Source: Nemertoderma westbladi
Lineage: Eukaryota > Animalia > Xenacoelomorpha
Direction: 5' to 3'
DNA: 39,321 nucleotides
Assembly: GCA_032718475.1 (NCBI GenBank)
Contig: JAUCBJ010006265.1
Location: 1-39,321 of the forward strand
The number at the start of each line of letters is the position of its first letter. Position 1 is the stretch's first letter. A model generated the notes under the pieces. The model was not told where the DNA came from, did no database searches, and was given only the letters and a program-made list of their open reading frames with translations. This document shows positions 24,136 through 34,467 of the stretch, one piece after another. The position numbers and the translations under genes were made by a program.

Positions 24136-26547
24136 GGGTTCTGCAGGGTTGTTAAGTCTGGTCCTATCCCGGGGATTAAAACTTACCTGCTCCGCGTCCG
24201 TCCTTCTTTCCTTATAGTTTCGGGACTTCTGACGTCTCATGTCTTCCTCTTCATCGCTCGACTCGGTGTCAGTACTTAGCGCTCGCGATGGTTTGCGCGC
24301 CGAGGCCCTGACCCAAGCATCTTGTATAAACTTCTCAGCTGAGTTTTCGAAATTGGGATTATGGATATTTGGGACAGGCATCCTTACCTGAGGTCTATGT
24401 GGTATAGTCTCCTCCGATATGCGTACTCGTTGACTAGGCTGGACTTTATCTAACTCAGGCCTGCTAGGATTTGAATTACTTCTTACCTGGGTTGCTTCCT
24501 TTAACTGTAGGTTACTAAGCATGTCCGTTATAGGTTGGATGTGTGGCGATATAGTTTGCGCTAAACTGGCACTTAACTCATCCCTCGTAATAAATTCCTG
24601 GCTAGGGTTCTGTTGTATAGTCGGCTCTATCTGAGTAATCCGCTGTCTCTCATATGATCCCTCTTCCGGTTTAACCCGGAAGTTCTCCGTCGAACTGGGT
24701 CGGCGCTCCGTCCGCGTATTCCAAACCCGCGGGTTCGGTTCGCCCAATACTCGTCTCGTCAGAGTTTCTCTAAACTCTCCGTTGTCTCGTTCGGTGTACA
24801 GTGGTGCGGTGTTCTGATGACGTGGATTCTGCGCGATAGGTGAAGCACTAATACCAACTGGCGTGCGATATGTAGAGAACGGTTTAGCAATCCGTGTACT
24901 CGTAATAGCTGGACCGGGTATAGGAATTCTGGTCGTCGTCGACTCGCGTATAGTCGGAGTTCTCGCTTCCTGTTCGGCCTTCTGCAGTGCGAACAGTTCT
25001 CGCAACTCGGTACCTACACTCGCCCCACATTCTTCGATCATTCGCATCCCCTTCTCGGCGATTTCATTCGCCTTTCTAGTCCGTTCCTCGCACTCTAGGG
25101 TTAATCTCGCACTTTCCAACTGCGCCAGTTTACGTTCTTCTTCTTCCCTCACTCGTCTCGCTGCGCTCTCTTCTTCCACATGCGCCTTTTCTTCATACAA
25201 CGCTTGTCGCTCTTTCTCGATCTCGAGTTCGCGTTCCTTACGTTCGCGTTCAAGTTGGAATTCGTGTTTCTTCACTTCCCGTTCGCGTTCAAGTTGGAGT
25301 TCGCGTTCTTTCTGTTCGCGTTCTTTCTGTTCGCGTTCAAGTTGGAGTTCGCGTTCAAGTTGGAGTTTGCGTTCCTTCTGTTCGCGTTCCGCTTGCTCAT
25401 GCTTACCTTTCTCTTCCAACTCCCGCAACTTTGCGTCTAACTTACGTCTTCGCTCCCTTTCTCGTTCGGCTTCCTTCCGTGCTTCCGATGCACGCAAAAC
25501 TTCCGCCTGTTGTTCGTCCAGTCGGCGTCTTCTCTCCTCTTCCGAGTTGTGCGAAACAAGGGATCTAGCATATATAACTTTCCCTCGCGCGTGACTAACC
25601 TGGGAATTGCCACTGTCTCTGGATGCGTCGTCGGGTGGAGTCAACGTCCTCTGTTGAATGTTCTCCGTCGTCGGTAGCACCTGGCCTGGTACCACCACTC
25701 CATTCTGCATCAGTCAGCTAGTAACTTCCCTCTGATAACGGCGCTCTTCTTTATCTTGGATCTCTTCCCGCTCCTCTAAGTCTCTTAAATCTGCGTCACT
25801 CACCTGAGTCGCCTGCGCTTGTGATGCCCATAGCAACCAGTTTTCCGTCCTAACTCGTCGAAATCGCTCCGATAACTCGCGGTGCTCTGACAAGGCTGCT
25901 AAAACCCTATCATAAACCCTCGTCTCCACGTCGCTCGACTGAGACTCTACTGCCTTCTTTGCTAGGACTGCAAGCTCCTCCGTCTGTTTGAATAACGCTG
26001 AGTTGTATCCTCTTCTAATCTCTATTAACCCTTCCCTGTCGATGTTCGCCGAGTCGGCTAACATCTTCCTTACCTTGTCCGCCGTCCGAGTTATATGTCC
26101 GGCATGCGCGCGAAGTTTCTTCTTTATCGCAATATCAAGTTCTCTCTCACTTACCTGACTCACACTTGGTGGACTTGAAGGATTATTTCGGGAACTACGG
26201 GTACTCCTTACAGCCGCTGGGACCACGGCACTTACCATACCCACAGGTCTGGAAACCGGGCTCCGGGCTCTCGCTTCTGCTACACTACCCTCCCTATCAC
26301 TCACCTCTGTCCGGGCTGCTGTGCGGTCCTTCCTTACAGTAGTGGTAGGGGATCCTAATACTATTACCTCACCTTGTTCTTCCTCACTGGTTACTGTCTC
26401 ATCCTCCTGTTCACTTACGTCAGCGTCGCTCGCTGCATCGTCATAGTCGGCATTGTCGTCAACAGTAATATTGACACTATCGTCAGTCGGCGGTCCAGCC
26501 GCCGTCTCATAGCTGTCCTCTAGTGCCTCCTTGTCTGAGACACTCAT
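24136..26547 (-). pseudogene. Gag N-terminal region of the outer BEL element, one in-frame TGA at 25714-25716, truncated at the PolB junction
   Basis: ORFs 25714-26547 and 23566-25710 share a frame. KKLRAHAGHITR motif, long E/R coiled coil, located downstream of the 5' LTR. Confidence 0.75.
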
Positions 26548-27749
26548 AGTCTAAATAATGTTTGCCTTCCGGCAAAATATCTCGCAAAAGTTCGAGATAT
26601 ATATATAATTTAATCGAAATACGATTAAATTATTTGACAAATAATCAGTTGGTCCAAAATGTCAAAATAAATTCGCAATGCAATATTGTGAATTTAATGG
26701 GGTATATAGTTATAGCAAATACTAGCACAATATTTAAACAAAAATATTATTATATAGCTATTATAGCAATTAAATACCGGTATGACACAAAATAGTTTCT
26801 GAATCTAATACAAAATATTCAGAATGAATTTGCCACCCAAATAATTCCAATTTTGCATATATAGCTCTAATCAACGTAATTTTAATTTCAAATATTATAT
26901 GTATCCACTAGCGCGTGGCTACATCTTCGGGTTGCGACTCTCTCTAACTCTCTCTCTAACTTGAGCGATTCAAAAAACCATGGCCGGCTAAACCTAAATA
27001 TCCTAACTAATAAATTGAGTTCAGCTTTGCAGTTAAACAACCGATAATTTTTTACTGCTTCCACAAACACAATGGTGCCAACAGAGCAACTAACCTTGTT
27101 TGCTGTGAGATTCCACGTCCGCGTCCAAAGATTCAGGCTCTTCGCTGATTGCAAACCGAACCCGCAGACCCACACGAACCCCAAACTCAGAAGTTCTGTC
27201 TTGCCATGTATCTCCAGATGGTATAAAATAACTAAGCGGTTACCTAACATACCGGTACAAAACTCTAGAATTTTACAAATAATTTTGACCGAAACTGAAT
27301 TCTTGCAAACCTAGCTAAAATTAAAAAAAACTTACTAATTACAATTCGCCCTAAGGCCTAAGGAACTGCTGTATTCGCAATTAGTAAAAACGCACTACCG
27401 TACATCCACTGTATGCAGTACAGTAAGTAAAACAGTACACCAACCTAACAGCCTAATGATACTGTGTGTGGTACGGCAAAACAAATGTCCCTTCTACCGT
27501 ACGCAGTAACAGCAATCAGCCTAATGTACTACTGTACTATTGTACGCGACCAGTGAATACAGTAAGCTAAACTAACAGCCTAATAATACACTCGATGTTC
27601 TACCGTACGCAGTACAGTGCCTAATACAGTAGACAATATCACGTGCTCTAACTTATTACTTAATTACTGCAGTAACAGTGATCCTACCTATCAGCCTAAG
27701 AATACACTCTTGACTGCTGCAAGCAACAGCCAATAAAAGCATACCTTAC

Positions 27750-29978
27750 TGTTAAACTGCCGCGACCCCTAATACTGACAGCAGAACTGTTGAACAGACA
27801 AATACCCGTATACCTCTCTGCCAACCTAATGAGTTCTCGCCTAACCAATAAGACACAAAGACTGCTCTACTGTTAAGTAAAGGGGATCAGGAGCGTGTTA
27901 TTACTAAAATGTAAGGCTGCTAAATACAAAACCGCTACTTACCGTTGGATGGTGCTAATCTGCCGTCCGCTAATATATTTTACTAAATTTACACGACTCT
28001 TGCAAAATCGCTTGTTCCTTTCTCTACCGATCGCTCGATAGAGAGCTAACTGTTCGAATCTATGAGCCACGCGGGAATAACCAAAATAATAAACCCGAGT
28101 CGGCTCCCTAAGCTTACTTAAGACGAGTGCGAGGGGCTTTGCACTCAGAGTATATTCTTACGCCTAATTTTACCACTATTGAAGTACGATAATGCCTACG
28201 TCTTTTCTAATCGCGAATACTGGGGATTCCCTAACGGAATGTGTGAATGCGAGAATATTTAAATAATCAAAAAATTGGTACAGTACACTGTCTTTCGTGG
28301 GTAGTACCGCTCTGGGTCTAAACTTGCCTGCAGCTGGCTTTAGGCCAGCAATCTACTAGTGTCTTGCGTACTGACTACTGCGATCTAGCTTATTGCCCGC
28401 TAGTGCAAATAACCGCTCAGCGTGAATAGTTTACGGTACTCTAAATTATTACCTTAGCTACTCTCCGCTATGCTGCGTACTAATTCTTAATTTTACGAAT
28501 CAATTACAGTCACAAATATGTAACAGCGCACTAATTACTAAGAGTTCCAGAATGCGTAATTCTAATTTATTACACAACAGGTTTCGCTAGTAATAGCCTA
28601 AAATGCCGTATTACTTTGACCTAATCAGTAATTATTTGTAGTAACTAAGAAATAGAAATCAATCAAAGAGAAAAGGAGCGCCTACCTAAGCATTCGTAAT
28701 CGTAGGCACACTTCAGTAACACACCAATCAGCGTCAGCAATCACAGATCACAATAGTACAACTTGCAATTATACAATCCGCAATCATATAATTCGCAACA
28801 TAATAATTCGCAATTGACTAATTCGCAATCTACTGTAAGGTATGCAGGCCCCTCCCGGGTACGTCTAGGCTTCCTAACTAACCCAATTCCTGCCCCCCTA
28901 ATACTAAATAGAGACAAAATCTGGATCATCAGCCCCCTAGTTACCGTACCAGCGAGTGGTCTCTACCTACAGTTCAAATTGCCCGACCACAACGTTGACC
29001 CCCGCCAGCGTTGCCCGCCTTTGAATCCTCCGCACTCCCTTCGTTGCTAACCCACCGATGTGCCCACCGCCTACTGGCAGCTTAGCCCTCCATTTATTGA
29101 ATAGCTACCGTAGCGGCGCATGCAAATCACAAGTCTGACAGTCTCAGAAATCCCGTAGGATTATTGCGTCGAAATGAATTACATAGAACCATTAACGAAA
29201 GAGGTAGAAATCATAGTTCCGGTTGTAATTAGCAGTAATCAATAGGATTGATTGAGAAATACAGTTAAGAATAATAACACTAATGAATCATTCCAAGAAA
29301 ATTAATCAAAAGGTAGAAATGCAGAAAATACGCACAAATTGTACTCCTAAACATTATACAAATAATATTGAGATGAGGTTGGCGTTATAGAGGAGTAGGA
29401 TTGAGTACAGCTCTACCGGCAAACCGCCAATTTATAGGTGATCTGAGAAGGGTGATGCAATAAGGGTGATGCAATCGCTCTCCTATTGGCTCTCCAATCC
29501 GTGCTAGCATTAGACCAACTTGGAAACAGTTAGTCCAATTAGAAAGCCGGATTGTGAACCTCAGGGCTTCCAAACCGCGAATTATTACCATATATGGTAA
29601 TGGATCATGTCCCTGGCTGCGGAATGGTTAGGATTGCGTCCCTAGATGCTAGCCCTATCGAGGCTAATAACAGCAAGCACATATCCGGGGTCCAACTGAA
29701 CTTGCTACCCTGGAACTATCTACTTATATCCTAATACAAAATTACATAGGTAGGGCTACATACTATACAAAATGGATGAATTCAAAAATATATGGGCATT
29801 TTAATTTCCTTATCTAAATGTCACCGCGCTATCATGTCTTATCTATCTAAAATATTATACTGCATAACGGACTAATATTGCGTACAGTATAACGGACTAA
29901 TATATTATACTGCATAATGAACCAATATATTATACTGTATAATGGCTAATAATGTGTACAGCGCCATATACCGTAACA
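27750..29978 (-). repeat. Full 5' LTR of the outer element (2229 bp)
   Basis: Minus strand TGTTACGG...TTTAACA, bounded by the TSD; colinear homology to 32156-34036. Confidence 0.92.
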
Positions 29979-32155
29979 GTAACACTTACATTTATATAGA
30001 AGTAATCAGCTATTCATTGCTTCGCCTTTCCTCTGGAGATGGATGAATTTTGATTCCGTCGGAACACCCCCTTTTTGAGGCTCTAAGAGGGAAGAGATAA
30101 GTAGCCTATCCCCCTGTTAATATTGTTGTGTTCTAGAATATTTATTATAGTTTCATCGAATTGCCAAAGCGGCTGGAGCCGAAGTTAATATGTGATACAA
30201 TAATTCACCTCAAATTTCTCAGCTATTTCATGAATATAATGAGTATTAAAGCCATGTCTAAATCATTGGGGTTTTTCAGCAATAATTTATCAAAATCTCC
30301 TTTGATTTTTTTCAAAAACCACATAGATTTTCATATTTATAACTTCTAACCCATTCCACGAGATAGAGAATCTTAAATGAAAGTCATAAGAACAGGCAAC
30401 ACTTTCATTTATAGAAGTAATCAGCTGTTATTTGCTTCGTCTTTCCCCAGGAGATGGATGAAATTTGATTGCGTCGGAACACCCCCTTTTTGAGGCTCTC
30501 AGAGTGAAAATATAAGTAGCCTATTTCCCTGTTAATTTTGTTCTGTTGTAGAATATTTATTATAGTTTCATCGAATTGCCAAAGCGGCTGGAGCCGAAGT
30601 TAATATGTGATACAATAATTCACCTCAAATTTCTCAGCTATTTCATGAATATATTGAGTATTAAAGCCATGTCAAAATCCTTGGGGTTTTTCAGCAATAA
30701 TTTATCAAACTATCCTCTGATTTTTTTCAAAAACCACATCGATTTTCATATTTATAACTTCTAACCCACTCCATGAGATAGATAATCTTAAATGAAAATC
30801 AAAAGAACAGGTAACACTTTCATTTATAGATGTAATCAGCTGTTATTTGCTTCGTCTTTCCCCAGGAGATGGATGAAATTTGATTGCGTCGGAACACCCC
30901 CTTTTTGAGGCTCTCAGAGTGAAGAGATAAGTAGCCTATCTCCCTGTTAATATTGTTGTGTTCTAGAATATTTATTATGGTTTCATCGAATTGCCAAAGC
31001 GGCTGGAGCCGAAGTTAATATGTGATACAATAATTCACCTCAAATTTCTCAGCTATTTCATGAATATAATGAGTATTAAAGCCATGTCAAAATCCTTGGG
31101 GTTTTTCAGCAATAATTTATCAAAATATCCTCTGATTTTTTTTCAAAAACCACATCGATTTTCATATTTATAACTTCTAACCCACTCCACGAGATAGAGA
31201 ATCTTAAACGAAAGTCATAAGAACAGGTAACACTTTTATTTATAGAAGTATTCAGCTGTTATTTGCTTCGTCTTTCCCCAGGAGATGGATGAATTTTGAT
31301 TGCGTCGGAACACCCCCTTTTTGGGGCTCTCAGAGTGGAGAGATAAGTAGCCTATCTCCCTGTTAATATTGTTGTGTTGTAGAATATTTATTATTGTTTC
31401 ATCGTATTGCCAAAGCGGCTGGAGCCAAAGTTAATATGTAATGCAATAATTCACCTCAAATATCTCAACTATTTCATGAATATAATGAGTATTAAATCCT
31501 TGTAAAAATCCTTGGTGTTTTTCAGCAATAATTTATTAAAATCTCCTCTGATTTTTTACAAAAAACGACATCGATTTTCATATTCATGACTTCTAACCCA
31601 CTCCAAGAGATAGACATTAGACAATCTTAAACGAAAGTCAAAAGAACAGGTAACACTTACATTTATAGAAGTAATCAGCTATTCTTTGCTTCGCCTTTCC
31701 CCAGGAGATGGATGAATTTTGATTGCGTCGGAACACCCGCTTTTTGACATTAGACAATCTTAAACGAAAGTCAAAAGAACAGGTAACACTTACATTTATA
31801 GAAGTAATCAGCTATTCTTTGCTTCGCCTTTCCCCAGGAGATGGATGAATTTTGATTGCGTCGGAACCCCGGCTTTTTGAGGCTCTAAGAGTGAAGAGAT
31901 AAGTAGCCTATTTCCCTGTTAATATTGTTCTGTTGTAGAATATTTATTATAGTTTCATCGTATTGCTAATGTGGCTGTAGTTAAAGTTGTTATGTAACAC
32001 AATAATTCACCTCAAATATCTAAGTTTTTTCATGAACATAATGAAGTATTAAAGCCATGTCAAAATAATTGGGGTTTTTAAGCAATAATTTATTAAAATT
32101 TCCTCTGATTTTTTTTCAAAAACCACATCGATTTTCATATTTATAACTTCTAACC
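29979..32155. repeat. Satellite array continued, ~5 monomers, with an internal 133-bp duplication (31613-31745/31746-31878)
   Basis: Same monomer as 6252-9055; resumes in register after the TSD. Confidence 0.97.
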
Positions 32156-34036
32156 TGTTAAACGAACTACCCCAGCCTAACCAATAAAGACACAAACTGC
32201 TCTATTTACTAGACGGGGCAATGAGGAGCGTATAATTACTAATAATAGGGTTTCAGATACGGAAAACCACTACTTACCGTTAGATGGCGCTAATCTGCCG
32301 TCCGCTAATATATTTCCTAAATTTCTACAGCTCCTACTAAATTCTCGTTCCTTTCTCTACCGATTACTCGATAGAGAGCTAACTGTTCGAATATATATGA
32401 GCCACGCGGGAATAACCAAAACAATAAACCCGAATCGGCTCCCTTAGCTGACTTAAAACGAGTGTGAGAGATTTGACACTCAGAGTGTATTTTATAGCCT
32501 AATATTACTGTAAAATTGTGCTTACAACTACGTCCTTTCTAATCGCATCTAATCGCAATACTGGGGTTCCCTAACGGAATGTGTGAATGTGAGAATATTT
32601 AAAATAATCGAAAATTGGTACGGTAATTATTTCGGGACTCAAACTTATCTGCGGCTGGCTTTAGGCCAGCAATTTACTGATGCGCGCTGCGTACTGTATA
32701 CTACGATGTGAATTTTGTCCGCTAATTCAAATAACCGCCCAGCGTGAATAGTGTACGGTACTCTAAATTATTACCTTAACTACCCTCCGCTATGCAGCGT
32801 ACAAATTCCTAATTTTACTAATTAATTTCAGTCACAAATATGTAACGGCGTACTAATTACTAAGTATTCCAGAGTGCGTAATTCTAAATTATTACGCAAC
32901 CGGCTACGTCTAGGCTTCCTAACTAACCCAATTCCTGTCCCCCTAATACTACAAAATGCTACAAAAACCTGGATCATCAGCCCCTAATTGCCGAACCGGC
33001 GTATCTGACCCACTCTATGCTGCAAACTTGCGCGCAATAGTAATCCCCCCAATGTCACTTGTCTTTGAATCCTCCGCACTCCCGTCGTCGCTAACCCCCC
33101 GATGCACCCGCCGCGCTTACCGGTACCCTAGCCCTCCATCATAATGAGTAGCTACCGTAGCGGCACATGCAAATCACAAAGTCTGACAGTCTGAGAAATC
33201 CCGTAGGATTATTGTCGAAAGGAATCACATAGAACCATTTACTAAGGGGTAGAAATCATAGTTCCAATTTGTAATTAACAGCGATCATTGAGATTGATTG
33301 AGAAACACAAACAAGAATCAAACAGAAATTGCAAATTAGCGAATCATTGCAAGAAAATCAAAAGGGCAGTAATTTACACAGAAAAAACTAAGCATCGAAT
33401 AATAGTTGAAGGTGAGCTGTGTGGGGTGTGTGTAGAGACAATGGAAGTACGCCAATTTATAGGTGATTTGAGAAGGGTGATGCAATCGATCTCTCATTGG
33501 CTCCCCAATCCGAGCTAACATTAGACCAACCTGGAAGCAGTTAGGCCAATAAGAGAGCCGGATTGTGAGCCTATTGCTCCCTGAAATCGCAAATTGCCAC
33601 CATATAAGGTAATTTTCCCGATGCTTAATTTGGCGGTACTAATAATATCATGCACAAATATAAATTTAGCGCAATTATAGAGAAATTAAAACCAGTAGCT
33701 AGCCTCATCAAGGCTAATAACGGCAAGCCCAGATCCAGGGTCCAACAAGGACTTGCTACCCTGGAACTATCTACTTATATCCTATTACAAAACTACATAG
33801 GTAGGGCTACATACTATACAAAATGGATGAGTTCAAAATATATGGGCGTTTCAGTTTCCTTATCTAAATATCATTGCGCATTATGCCTTATCTAAATAAT
33901 TATACTGCATCACGGACTAATATATGATACTATATAATGGACTAATATATTATAATGCATAATGGACTAACATTATTATACTGTATAACGGACTAATGTA
34001 TTACATAATGTAGGTACAGCGCCATATACCGTAACA
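32156..34036 (-). repeat. 3' LTR of the third element (1881 bp), diverged relative of the 27750-29978 LTR
   Basis: Same termini (TGTTACGGTATATGGCGC...TTTAACA) and colinear similarity. It lacks ~280 bp present at ~28580-28860. Confidence 0.92.
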
Positions 34037-34043
34037 CCGCTCC
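34037..34043 (-). promoter_or_regulatory. Polypurine-tract-like motif
   Basis: Minus strand GGAGCGG immediately precedes the TG of the 3' LTR; the same motif occurs at 4085-4091 on +. Confidence 0.55.
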
Positions 34044-34467
34044 AAGGGAAATCATGCAATGTTTCCCTCCAATTGTAGAAGAGTGTAAGGCGATGTATAC
34101 AAAACAAAATAAATCTCTTTCAAATAATCTAAATATCTTGGTACTATAATAATTCTACTATTTACAAATATTGCTATAGATATTGCATAATGAATTGCAT
34201 ACAAATTAAATTTACAAAATATTATCTCTCTCTCTCAATGTTAACAATTATTACATACAAATTAAATTTACAAAAAATACTGTTTCTCATTCGTTCTACA
34301 TAATGATTGCTACATACAAATTAAATTTACAAAATACTTTCAAATTATAAAAAATTTTGCTAGGGTAGGTGAAAAGAGTAAGCCAAACCCGCAGGTTTGT
34401 CTCCCCAATCACCTCCTTCGCCTCTCTCATAATATGAATCCAAATCAGTGCGACTAGTGTATATGAG

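Larger units (their letters stand above)
9056..29978 (-). mobile_element. Outer BEL/Pao LTR retrotransposon inserted in the satellite; pol replaced by Polinton DNA
   Basis: TG...CA ends; 5-bp TSD GTAAC at 9051-9055 and 29979-29983. The satellite monomer resumes exactly across it (CAGGTAAC|ACTTACATTT). LTR copies at 9056-9305 and 27750-29978. Confidence 0.93.

Noticed and set aside
23566-25710. A genuine novel 714-aa polymerase
   Set aside because: It is a chimera with an abrupt composition change near 24135 and lacks the PolB exonuclease domain and motifs A and B.
9056-29978. A retrotransposon that mobilised Polinton genes as cargo
   Set aside because: Unequal LTRs (full 5', inner-truncated 3') are incompatible with this copy having been reverse transcribed in its present form.
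28741-33895. Short ORFs within the long LTRs
   Set aside because: Not conserved in frame or length between the two related LTRs.
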